Assembly (NCBI RefSeq): GCF_000315625.1
Contig: NW_005434629.1
Span: 377,005-441,004 of the forward strand
From: Guillardia theta CCMP2712
Taxonomy: Eukaryota > Protista > Cryptophyta
Direction: 5' to 3'
Length of the DNA: 64,000 bases
The notes below the pieces were generated by a model. That model was given only the letters and a program-made list of their open reading frames with translations. It was not told the origin of the DNA and did not search any database. A program made the translations under genes and the position numbers. Shown in pieces: positions 18,114-29,425 of this stretch; position 1 is the first letter of the stretch, and each line of letters starts with the position of its first letter.

Positions 18114-18536
18114 AAGGTCTAGGGTCAAAGGCCGTGTCCGATTGTCCTCGTACGGATTATTAACTTAGAGCCCGGGTGCCACGGTAAGATGTAGTCCGGA
18201 CAGATATATACACTAAGTTTTGTAGTTTTTTGAGAGATTTAATGCTTTTCACATAAACTTCTTCCGAATATGACCCCTACCCCACCACAAGACGAGTTTC
18301 GGACCTACCCTACCATCCCACCCTACCCCCAAACGCTTACACACCCGCCTCAGAGGCCTAAGACTCAAAAACACTTAGCCAAATTTCTCAAATCTCAGTG
18401 CCATTACTAGTGAGGTTGTTACTAGCTAACCCAGCACTGTCTCACAAGGTTTCAAGAGGATTCAACAAATCAACTTGTGTACTATGATATTACAAGTTAA
18501 GTTATCGTCTGTCTGGCTCGAGAAGGACAAGCCCTT

Positions 18537-21318
18537 TTAAGCAATGAAGTATTCATGATCTTGACATCCTTCGAACAACCAACTCTTGTCATCTGCTTTC
18601 TTCTTTCGCATTTTCTTGACATACGTTGACCATGCTAGCTGCCCACTTCTGTCACATGATCTCCCTCCCCCTTCTCCCTGATTCAGCCACGAGATGAAAT
18701 TCTCCACGTATTGATCGTATATTTTCTTTCCTTCATATATCGAAGATTCTGACCGACTATCTATGAAAGAATTCAGTTCCATCACTTGCATCTCAACATT
18801 CTCTTCTTGTGAGATTTGCCTCATACTTCTCCGGATGAACTGATGAAAGCACTTCATGAGATAAGCCATGTCTGTAAAACGTTTGCTTGATGGTCTCTCA
18901 AATTTTGATCCATTCAGTTTCTTCAAAGCAGGTATCCCTTTGGCATAGTTGCCAAAGTGATACAGCTCCCATGCACTTTTGAAGCTCTTGGCTGCTTGAG
19001 AAATTCGAATGGTTTTCAGATTCGCCTGTTGTATTGATGTATTACGGTCAACTGACGGATCGCCATTGACACATTCTGTATCCACACTCATTGTCCCCCT
19101 GTTCACGTCTCCGAGGTTACGCGCCTGCTCATGGTATTGAATGACATGTCGCCTTCCCTCGAGCAACTGCTTCAGCATGACTGTAATTGCGTCATGGTTG
19201 TCCGAAACATTCCGTTTCACTTCATCTAATTGCAAAATCACCTCCAGCAAACTTTGGTTGGACTGTTCGTGATGAATTGCTTGCTGGCTTTGATCCTCTG
19301 CAGTTTCACGCACTCGATCAGCAACTACCTTCATGCCATTACACATTGAAGCAATTTTGCCATCTATCTCTTTCAGTTTTCCTTCCAAACATTCCATTCG
19401 GACAACCTGCTGCTGTATTACTGCCTGTAGCTCCTTCATCTGCCGCGGCCCGTCTTGCAGTTGTTCAAGCTGACCCTTCTGTTGCTCCATCTGACCCTGG
19501 AGTGCGTTGACTTTCATGCAAAGCTGTTTCTGATACACGATTGCTGTTACATGAGGAGGGCAACCTGTACTTCGAAACACTGGTACATCCATATTTGTCA
19601 ATGATCTGGCATTGTCCAAGACAATCTCTTCTTCCCAAACGCTTATCGGTACATCTGTAGGAAGAACACATTTCACCTGTTGCTTCAAAACATGAAACAA
19701 AGCTTCTGGTTGGAACAAAGAAGAACTCCATAGAGGATGATTTGGATCTAACTCTGCACGCAAGTAATCATAGTGGTATGCCACGCTGGCAAGGCAGTGC
19801 TCTAGAACTCCTGTCATATTCGTTGGCATCCATGGAAAACATAGTTCGATAGCGTTCTGCACAGCTGCTTGATTTCCTTTTCTGAATTGTGGTGGCAGTA
19901 TAGCAAACTTTTCAGAATGAATGGGCAGTCCACAAGCCGTTCTACCAACGAAAAGATCTGACGCACCCTCGTACGTCTTTGGGATTGTTCCATTGTTCCA
20001 TGACGCTCGGTCTGACACAGCAGTCACAGATGGACAATGTGTAGATCCGCTTGTACAATATGTCGCTGCACCCTGTACGTATACTGGTTACTATAATTCC
20101 TTCAGTTCGATCACACAAGTTCTGACCTTCCGGATGGAATGAGTGCCAATATCCTCCCTGTTCATCCCTAGCCGTGTAATTTCCCGACACACAGCTTTGC
20201 GTATCATAGGATATTCGTATCGTCTTCCATCAATGGCCTCATTGTTCCCCATTGAAGTTTGAGTGACATTCTGGAGGCAATACACAAAACGATGATACTG
20301 ATCTCGACCTGCCGGAAACATTGAATCATCGGATTTGAATCATACTTATACTACGTTACCTGGAAAGAGCTTGCTTCTGTCTGGTGTATGACTGAGTAGA
20401 TAAATTCCAAGAGCAAGAATAGGACATATTTCTGGACAAATGGGATTCGCATAGATAGATTTTGGTTCCTTCCTTTCGCCCGTTTGATCGGTCTTGCTCT
20501 TGGGAAAACTAACCCACATGTGGTCATCTTGCCATCCCATATGTTGAAACAAGATCTGGGCCGTATTCACGGATCTACAGATGAGATTCCAAGTAAATAT
20601 AAGAAATGTCCTGCCCACGATCACATCCATGTTCTTACATGTAAGCATTTCTCGTCCCATTGTTGAATACAGCGTGAACGGCATGGCATCTTTTCCTGAT
20701 GTCAATCTCGTACCATCCACTGCCGTTTCATCAGTAATCTTGTTGTGAAGACCTTTGTAGAAATCAGAAATTTGTGTAGCGAACTTCTTCCGATATATCT
20801 TTGACCGGTTGTGCCTTCTGTAAACATGCCTGACACCAGACCTCAAAGACACGTATGACGCAAACTTCAATTTTTTCTTCATCATTACTTGCACAATGTA
20901 GGATGACATTTGCTTGTGCGAGAATTTCTTCATATTGAAAGGAATCAAATCCCGTCTTTTCAGCAACTCTCTTATCTTCTTTCTAATTGGAGCACGATTC
21001 GGTCCTTCTGATTCTAAACACCTCTTGAACTCTCCTGATAAGCAACATGCTCTCTTCTCATAAAGCCATGCAATCAGTTGGCTTACAGAACTCCAATAGC
21101 ACGCCTTTGAGTCATCCGCGAGCATTCTGTCTCTTACTAACTCTATCTGTTCCCTCACATCTTCTTCCTCCTCCTCGTCATCCTCCCCCTCTCCCTCTCC
21201 CTCTCCCTCTCCCTCTCCCTCCCCATCCCCATCCCCATCCCCCTCGTCATCGTCATCGTCATCGTCCTGCTGCTCATCCTCGTCCTCGTCCTGCTGCTCC
21301 TCGTGCTGCTGCTCCTCG

Positions 21319-21349
<31 letters not shown>

Positions 21350-21614
21350 CATCAACATCCACTCTGGTGATGTTAGATCCTCCTACATGCCTTCTTGCTT
21401 GGCCTGCAAGCTGATCCTCAGAAATTGATGGAATGGCTGTTACGTTTCCCTCACGTTTCTTACACCCACAATTGTTGCGTCCTTCCGATTCAGCATATTG
21501 ATGCGCACAAAGATGATGGTACATCCTCTTGCATCTTGAGCATTTGTACAATTGAATTCTTTCATCATGTACCTTGCATTGATTGCCAAACAAGCATGTG
21601 TGTGAAGAAGCCAT
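18537..21614 (-). mobile_element. Crypton-type tyrosine recombinase gene, 3 exons (21614-20360, 20308-20127, 20072-18537), ~990 aa
   Basis: Two GT-AG introns (51 and 54 nt) give one continuous frame: GKDAMPF, TWNLICRS (R), KSKTDQ (K), YANPICPEICPILALG, DIGTHSIRKGAAT (HxxR), RASW (W), TY (Y), FVGR..GLP..FAILPP. C-terminal GCR1_C-like segment (AWELYHFG...IPALKKL). Confidence 0.85.
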
Positions 21615-21690
21615 GCCTGGTGAAATTATGCCCTGCTTTCCAACGTTATGCTCGTGTCCGGCATCTGTCAGACACTTCGAACCTGAGGTC

Positions 21691-21812
21691 TTTACTCAAA
21701 GTTAAGTTAAAAATCAGTACGAGGACAACCGGAGCCTCAATGAGTCAGTCTTTGAGTAAAAAAGATGAGTCACATAACAATGGTACTGATTTTTAACTTA
21801 ACTTTGAGTAAA
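21691..21812. mobile_element. 122-bp element with perfect 30-bp inverted termini (MITE-like, or paired recombinase sites)
   Basis: TTTACTCAAAGTTAAGTTAAAAATCAGTAC - 62 bp - GTACTGATTTTTAACTTAACTTTGAGTAAA. Confidence 0.8.
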
Positions 21813-22551
21813 CCTTGTAAATAATGGCAGGCGACCTTTTAAATTCAACCCCACGGTTCCGACTTCCGCGTAAACTTTAGTCAAAGTTTTGATAGCCTCG
21901 GATATTTTGAGCTGGCTCGCCTCAGGGCCCGGCGCTCAGCCTCAGCGGCCCGGGAGACTCGTGACGCGGCCGTCCGACTCCGAGTAACCAACATTTTACT
22001 CAAGAGCAAGTAACTGATTTTATCATGCTACAACCTGTGCCGTGTCATGAGGTGTTACGGTAGTAACGACCCCCACGTGTACATCTGACGCTACAATGAA
22101 CCCGGGCACTCCGGAGTACAGCATCGGATAACCCGTGATTTCTGTTCGAGATGGTAGTCACGGGGTAGGGGTGTGTAGAGATGTTCGAGGGGGTACCTTC
22201 TCTAGCCCTACGTACTATTGGTCGCTGCAGAGTTGACAGCACCCCACCCTACCCCACACCTCTGTGACGTGAGGGATATGCTATAACTTGATTGTAAATT
22301 AAAAAAAAACATCAGGACTTTTTATGCCACCCCTATAGTCATGCGCATAATCACCGGTACTTGCACGATGAGAGTCAGTCGTTTTACTACACCACTTTTA
22401 ATAACTCACCACCCTCAATGCGACGACTACCCTACCCCGGGCCAGCATTCACTTTTAAAACTTCTCCCTGTACCCACATTCACCCATACGAATAGACCGG
22501 TACTGAGGATTGGGCAGGGGTCCCACACCTATTTCGTGGGTTGTGTGGTAA

Positions 22552-23271
22552 ATGTGGGAGAAGCAAACAAGAGGACCAGCTGCTACACAAGAGCAAGAGA
22601 ACCAAACCTTCGATCCAACCACCCGCACAGACAGACAGCCTGAGACTGAGACTGAGACTGAGACTGAGACTGAGACTGAGACTGAGACTGAGACTGAGAC
22701 TGAGACTGAGACAAAGAGAAAGAGATTCATTGTACCCGACACTCAATACAGTGATTCAAGCCTGAGCGAAAACTCCATGAGCGGGAAATTCAGCGTGGCA
22801 CAGTTCGAGAGCATTCAAGGTGTTCATATCGAGGAGACAAAGTCAAGGAGAGGAAATCTATCAATCCAAGACATATCTGCTCCGATGCCAGAGGATACAG
22901 ACACACAGAAAGCGAACGAAAATCCAATGCATCGTTGGAAGAACAAGCAGAAGTTCAGCCGCTCCCTCCCTTCATTACCAATTCAGAGGTCTGGGCGGTG
23001 GCATAGATTAAGCTCTGTTGGATGTGAGCCTGTTTCCAAGGACATTTTTGATAATTTTTTCGGGGCCGAACAGGATATCATTATTGAGGAAACAATGAAG
23101 TCTAGATGCAAGGATGACACGGATGTTGTTACGCAATGTATCAAACTGTCTCATCCCAACTCGAAAAGTTTCTCTTGGGGTGAACATTCGAACAACATAA
23201 CGTCGTTAGCGAATGAGGATGGAAGACTCAGCGAGCTGCTGCTGAAACTGAGGTCTTTTACCAAGGAGTAA
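22552..23271 (+). CDS. hypothetical protein, 239 aa, with an (ET)n tract
   Basis: Uninterrupted ORF with protein-like composition outside the (GAGACT)n tract at 22641-22711; no family recognised. Confidence 0.45.
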   Translation: MWEKQTRGPAATQEQENQTFDPTTRTDRQPETETETETETETETETETETETETKRKRFIVPDTQYSDSSLSENSMSGKFSVAQFESIQGVHIEETKSRRGNLSIQDISAPMPEDTDTQKANENPMHRWKNKQKFSRSLPSLPIQRSGRWHRLSSVGCEPVSKDIFDNFFGAEQDIIIEETMKSRCKDDTDVVTQCIKLSHPNSKSFSWGEHSNNITSLANEDGRLSELLLKLRSFTKE

Positions 23272-23449
23272 ACTGTGTTAGTGAAGAGACTTCCCGTTTC
23301 TCTTTTTTTGATAGACGGGAGCTTCATTGTTAGACAGTACAACAGCTTTAAATAGCAACATCGAATGTTGCTGGATGGTGTCCTGGAACCGCTTGTGGCT
23401 GCAACATGCAAGCTTTTCTGTATTTTCTATAATTTGACTTTGATATTCA

Positions 23450-24797
23450 TTAAATCTCTGAACTAGAAATTCTCCCCTGGTCATTCATCAAATTCATCAA
23501 GTAGTCGTTTATACCAATCAAGGAGGCAAGAGCCGGCCCTTGGACAGGCAGGGTGAGATGTGGATTCTGGTGGTTGGAAGGAAAGTCTGGATTGATGCGG
23601 ATCAAAAGAGCTCTGAAACATGTGACTGTAAGACAGATGTGTCGAGCGGAGCGCAACAGTAGCACCTTGGTATGGAACAGTCGGAGTCGTACCAACTCGG
23701 ATTCCCTGACTCCTCCAGTCCTGTAGCACGAGTAAGCAGCATGCTGCGTTTATGATGCTCTCTCACCCATGCGCCTTGCAACATCGTCGAGAACACACTC
23801 AGACTCTTGCCGGACGCAGGGAACCCTCTGCCCGCATCCTATCTGCAGCACAAGTGAGGCCCATGACGATTTGGTTGACATGTCAAACATGGTGGTACCT
23901 CTAGGATCACCAAACGAGAAAGTTCGTTGTTAACCAGTTCCTCTTCCATCTGTGCCTGTGCCCCATCATTACAACGCTATGCCCGCCCCTACTCCATTGC
24001 TTTACCTCCCACACTTGATACTTGTCTTGATCAACTTTAAGATGTTTCAACAGGAGTTCAGGTTCATCGTCGAACATGAGAACGGCAGGTCGCATCATGT
24101 TCCCGTGCTTGTCCACCGGAACGCCGGCAGCTCGAAGGCTCTCAGTGTCCTGCTCGTCACCCAGCAGCCGCATGTCGGTCTCGTCCACTCTGAAGCGATG
24201 ACCGTCTGGGAGCATCGTGATATCTTCGTCATCCTTTGTGAGTGAGATCCACTTTGAGACCCTGCCATGCACCTCGCATATCCTTTGCTCATTAAAACCT
24301 GCCGCCAAGAAATGTCCGTCCACGTTGCTCGTGTACACGTAAGAATCCTTATTCATCGCGCACCACTCCTTCAGTACTGTTCGACGCCATTCAGCATCGC
24401 TCAACCATCAATCCATGGACTCACTATGATAGCCGTCGTGCGGTCTGGTTGTCTTGTACAGGTTAAAGCAGCTCCCCCAAAACCCGAGGGCCTTCGGAAC
24501 CAGCAGGCACATCGTCACAAAAAGAATCCCCCCCCCCTCCTCCTCGGCTCTTACCAGGCAGGCATCCGACCGCAGGAGTTGAGGTCGGCAAAGGTCGGCA
24601 TAGTTCAAGTCTCTGCTCTTGTACGCCATGTTGTCTGCTATCTTGTCGTAGGTAGGCAACCCTGAATCTGCCGACATCCCCGCCCCCGCCGTGACCAGGA
24701 GGTGTGTTGCTCGCAGGATGGCCTTAGCTGCTATCATGTATACTCGCTGGAGAGATTGAGTGCCATGGTGAAGATCAGAGATCCTTTCAGGCAGCAT
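23450..24797 (-). CDS. Sir2/sirtuin family NAD-dependent deacylase, multi-exon
   Basis: LVTAGAGMSADSGLP, GFWG, RPHDGY, YTSNVDGHF, EVHG, RPAVLMFDD, ILE|IGCG..VP, LIRINP. Confidence 0.88.
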
Positions 24798-24999
24798 TCT
24801 CTCCTGTGCTCTTTGCGGTTTCTATGGCACCAGGGCGGCGCAGGTCAAGGATCGTGCTGACCTCTACAGTGACTTTCAGAGTAATCGCTTATCCCAACCA
24901 TCATGAACTCTTTTGAGCTCGCATCTCCGCCATGTCCTGTCTCCCCATCGGCTCTACGGCATCAAGCTACGCCTTGGTCGTGCGTCCCAGACACTACTG

Positions 25000-25152
25000 G
25001 GCCTCCCTGTCCTTCGCTGCCATCATCGCGGGTGCGTTCCGGTATGCGTCTCATTCCTTCGGCGGCGGACACAGCGACATCGCTGGCATGGCGCGGGGAT
25101 GATGGTCCTGAGCGCAGTTAAGTAAAGGTATCAGTTAAGTTTGGGACAGCAG
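25000..25152 (+). repeat. module A copy 2, partial and lacking the insertions
   Basis: GGCCTCCCTGTCC...GTTAAGTTTGGGACAGCAG matches the internal part of copies 1 and 3. Confidence 0.88.
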
Positions 25153-25894
25153 ACTGAGTCTTTGGCCGAGATCTCTCCGTGTCGCCGGGCCGCATGTGAT
25201 TTTACTCGCCTTAAGTTTTGAGTAAGTTAGTACAAGGACTACTGGCTACGGTACGGTAGGCTCCAGCTGATCATCAGTGGACGGGGTAGGCTCCGGGCCG
25301 AGCCTCTCAGCGCGCCGCGAGTCCGATCGCCGCCGCCCTTTAGTGTGACCGTATCGGACGGCGGTCACTCAGCCTCGGACTCGGGAGATGGCGTTCCCGG
25401 CCGCCTGACCGTACCGGCCCGCCGTTCCGGGGCCGGCCGCGGCACTGGCACCGTAGCACGGTCCGACCGTCACCGCGGCGGCCGCCTGCCCGGCGCCAAA
25501 CTTCAAATACCGTGAGTACTGTTAACAGTAAGCTGATCGGACCCGGGCCGGGCTAACTTGGCTTGTAAGTTGTGACGACGCCGGGCCAGGCTGCTGGCGC
25601 TGGGCCCTTCCAAAATGTTGCAAGATGTCGAATGCGAAGTCTGTGTTCAGCATAGTGATAGATCAGACCATGTCAAGTTCACTTATCTCTGAATTTTCGG
25701 GTGAAAATCGATCAGAAACGGTCCACCTAAAAATGCAACGAGCATCAAAGAAGTCGGGTGCATAGATGACAATAAGGATTATGACACAAAACTCCAACAG
25801 CATGCCATGCACATTCAAGATCAAGGTTCAGGGACAAGAGAAGCAACGCAGCGTTCAAAGGGTTAGATCAGATTGTTAGGTCCATATCTGAATG

Positions 25895-27454
25895 TTATGC
25901 AAACCATGCAGAGCTTGGCAACAGGTCCAACTTCTCAACCTCCAAGCGAGATGCGAGGAACCAGAACGCTCCGAATAGTGTACAGACGCTTGTGAGGACG
26001 TAATACCCATCCACCAATGACGAGGTCGTGACATCTACAAGTGCAAGTACAATCGTCGTCGGCCACTTGCTCCCAAGGTTGGCAACCGTGTTGAGTAGAG
26101 TCATGTAGGTTCCTCCAATCTTGGGGTCGGAGACCTTGGCGAAGAAAGCCATCTGTGCCACGAACATCACGTTGCTGACAACCTGCTGCAGCAGAAAGAA
26201 AAACAACAACACAGCCCAGAGGAGCGGCGACAGCACAGGCTCGTCTCCCTTACGAGGAGGGATGCTCCAGAGGATCACGGCGAAGGCAACGTTGATCGCA
26301 AGACGGTAGGGAAACACTCTCATGAACGCTGCGAGTGGGCGAGGGCCGGAGGTGTACTTGGAGACAGCAGCAGGTAGGAAGAGAGCGATGGGCGTAACGG
26401 CAACGCCCAGCAGCGCCATCGTCTCCTTCTTCACCCCCTTCTCCTGCAGCTTCAGGCCAGTCACTGCATCTGCTGCAGCAAAGGCAACTTTGGACAGGAG
26501 CAGGACGGATCCAAGCCTCCTCACTGCTGGCTGTTTGACTACCCTCCACATGGCCATGTAGGTCTCTTTGACGCCCATCTCCTCCTCTACCTGCTCCCCC
26601 TCGCCACTGTTCTGCAGCGAGTAGTCCCCTCGGTCGTCCGAAGCAGGGATTCTTTCTGCAGACGATTTCTCTGGTTTGAACAGCCACACGTAGAGGGTGG
26701 TGGCAAGGAACACCCATCCCCAGAACGCCATAAACCCGCCCAGTGTGATGAGCCCTGCCTCCTGGGGCGGGTAGCCCATCGCCCGCCGCGCGTACGCGTT
26801 GCTGAACTCCTTGTTGTTGAGAGCCATGAAGATGATGAAGCTGAGGATGTATCCCAGAGTTTGACCCGTTGAGTTGCACGTGGAAGCCCAGCCGACGTTC
26901 TTCCTTGACAGGATCGTGAGGGCCCACCCATCGACTGCGATGTCCTGCGTCGCCATCAGCAAGTAGAGTACGAAGAAGCACACGGTGAGCTCGGAGACCG
27001 CAATGCTGCCCTTGCCGTCGGCTCCGATCAGAAAGTTGATGGCAGAGGAGGAGAAGACCATGATAACGCCGCAGACGAGTTGCGCGGGAATGAGCCATGA
27101 CCGCCTCCTGCCCACTCTTGCATCGTAGCAGCTATCGACAATGGGTGCCCAGAGAAGTTTGAGGGAAAAGGGCCAGGAGACTAGGGAGAAGATGCTCTGC
27201 TGCGAGTAACTAGCTCCTCTCTCTTGCAGGAGGAGAGGAACGCTTGCTGCAAGTCCCATGGGCACCCCTTGCAGGGTGTATAGGAGGAGGAGGAGGAGGA
27301 TGTTCTCCACGTCTCCTCGCAGATCTTGAAGTGAAGACGCTCCTTGCAGAGCATATCTCTCCTTTCCGTCATCGTTCTTGCCGCCTCTCTTGCGCATTGG
27401 GATCGTCTTCTCTGCAGTCTGGTCTGTTCTGGACATGCCCTTCCTCGAGATCAT
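25895..27454 (-). CDS. SLC33A1: acetyl-CoA transporter 1 (MFS, AmpG-related), intronless
   Basis: LYTLQGVPMGL, WPFSLKLLWAPIVD, GRRRSWLIPAQ, ATQDIAVDGWALTILS, STCNSTGQ, MAFFAKVSDPKIGGTYMTLLNT, DGYY. Confidence 0.95.
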   Translation of the reverse strand: MISRKGMSRTDQTAEKTIPMRKRGGKNDDGKERYALQGASSLQDLRGDVENILLLLLLYTLQGVPMGLAASVPLLLQERGASYSQQSIFSLVSWPFSLKLLWAPIVDSCYDARVGRRRSWLIPAQLVCGVIMVFSSSAINFLIGADGKGSIAVSELTVCFFVLYLLMATQDIAVDGWALTILSRKNVGWASTCNSTGQTLGYILSFIIFMALNNKEFSNAYARRAMGYPPQEAGLITLGGFMAFWGWVFLATTLYVWLFKPEKSSAERIPASDDRGDYSLQNSGEGEQVEEEMGVKETYMAMWRVVKQPAVRRLGSVLLLSKVAFAAADAVTGLKLQEKGVKKETMALLGVAVTPIALFLPAAVSKYTSGPRPLAAFMRVFPYRLAINVAFAVILWSIPPRKGDEPVLSPLLWAVLLFFFLLQQVVSNVMFVAQMAFFAKVSDPKIGGTYMTLLNTVANLGSKWPTTIVLALVDVTTSSLVDGYYVLTSVCTLFGAFWFLASRLEVEKLDLLPSSAWFA

Positions 27455-28143
27455 TCAGCACAAGCTTCAAAGCAAGAGACAGAGACAGTCGCGACAATCA
27501 CGGCACAGCTTGCCCTGATCGTTTCCATGCATGATGATTACCCGACGAAGGTCTGCGTTGCTTCCTCCCCTCCCTTCTTCTACCTCCCTAATGCTGTTCG
27601 CTCCTCCCTGCTGTACCCGAAGAACTTTCCTTTCTAGTCTAGACACCGTAGTGAATACGACGCGGCCCGGCCCAGTGATCGGACGGTCACCCGGGGCCGG
27701 GGGGCGCGAGGCGCCGGGCCGCCCGGCCGCCCGGCCCGTCCGATCCGACGGCGATGACATGCCAGGGTACGCCCCGGCACCAGGCAGAACGTTTCCCAAC
27801 ATGGCCCTGAAGATCATCACTGTCATGTAGGGGACTTTGAACTTCCGAGTTCCGCACAGCGGCAACCGTGTGAAGGTTACTGAAGGCGGATGACGGTATG
27901 GGCCCGAGTTACTATCAGTATTGAATCCTCCGGGACCTCAGCATCACGGTCACATGTTTTTGACAATGATGGCCCGGAATACCGGACCTCGCTCGGAGCA
28001 CAGCCTGCGGCAAACTGCAAGCAGCAGCACAGCGGAAGCCTGACTCGGATCGGAGGGCCGCCGACGGTCACCGGGTAGTAACAGTGGCATATCACCGCGC
28101 GGCGGTCATCGCCAGCACTGATGGACTCTTCAATGTGGCAGGA

Positions 28144-28660
28144 CGATGCGTTGCGCTTTCTGTGGTGGCTGGCGGATCGCTCGGCGAACAAGGAAACGGC
28201 AGCGGCGCTGGATGGCCCGGAGTCTCTGAGTCGGCCTCGCACTGAAGACGTCTCAGGTGATCCGACTTGCAAACGCATCCGGTCCAGCATGATCTTTCGT
28301 CAGCTCCAGGCCTCCCACGGTCCTTCGCTCGCGGCTGCCATCAACTTGTGATCGCGCCGCGGGTGCATTCCGGTATGCGTCTCACAAGTTCCTTCGGCGG
28401 CGGCCACAGCGACCGTACATCGCTGGCATGGCGCGGAGGAATTCAGTGTCCGGGCCTGCGTGCAGTTATGTGAAGGCCCTCATCCGACGCCGGTTAACGG
28501 TTTGGGACAGCAGTCGGCAGGATGATTGGGTTTGGTTCTCGCTGTCTTTTCTCTTCTCGCCGTTTGGCCTGTGTGACAGTGTCAGGGTCAAGCCTCCTCG
28601 ACTCTCCTGATTGTCCGACCGTCCTCGTACTGGCAAGTTTTTAACTTAACTTTGAGTAAA
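28144..28660 (+). repeat. module A copy 3, ending in an insertion-interrupted copy of the AT-rich site
   Basis: Colinear with 17554-18113; ends ...CTCGTACTG[GCAAG]TTTTTAACTTAACTTTGAGTAAA. Confidence 0.9.
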
Positions 28661-29425
28661 GACTCAGTGACTCCGGCGCCGATGATTGCCGCACTGCAAG
28701 CCTCGCCAGGGCCCGTGGGCAGCCTGCGGCCTGCCGCGTGCGGTGTGGCCAGAGTACTGAGCCTCGGAGGGCGCCGGCAAGCGGTCTGCGGGCTAACAGC
28801 GGTAGCGCTGAGGTGTGATCACCGTTTACGGTTGAGGTCGGAGGTCATATCGGTAATCGAGCCTCCGGGAGTCAGATGATCATCACACTTGGACTCAAGT
28901 TAGCATCGGCAGTACCTTAAGGCGGCTTCAGTTATCATTGGCATCGTTGACTGGATCAGTTCGCACATCGATGATGGCACGCCGCGCTGACTCCTGTAGT
29001 GTCCGCGGCTGCCCAGCAACTGCACCACACTGCCAGGGAAGCGCAGAACGTCACGAGTCCGATGAGCCTGCAGGAGTGAAAAAAAGGAGGCCAACACGGC
29101 TGGTCAATGATGAGAAGGAAAGCCTCGGGCCCACGTTCAGGAGGGGCATGCTGAGCATACGCGAGACGATACTCGTGTATCTTCCTCTAGAGATGAGCAA
29201 AGAGAGATAGGATGGAATAAAACAGATAGGTCGCAGCTTTCGACTGATTTCCAAGCAGGTACTTGTGCAAATTCTTGTAAGCAAACACTGAAAGCTTCCA
29301 AGCAAGCGCGATCGACAAACTATGTGTGAAATAACATGCTTCATTATTGTTCTCGAGTCTACATATTGTACACTGTACACACCACCACGGGCGTCGGTTC
29401 CGAGGTCTTGCCTTCGACTCCTCCT

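Noticed and set aside
18076-28660. The 30-38 bp repeat as a CRISPR array
   Set aside because: Irregular kb-scale spacing, mixed orientation, no cas genes, eukaryotic context.
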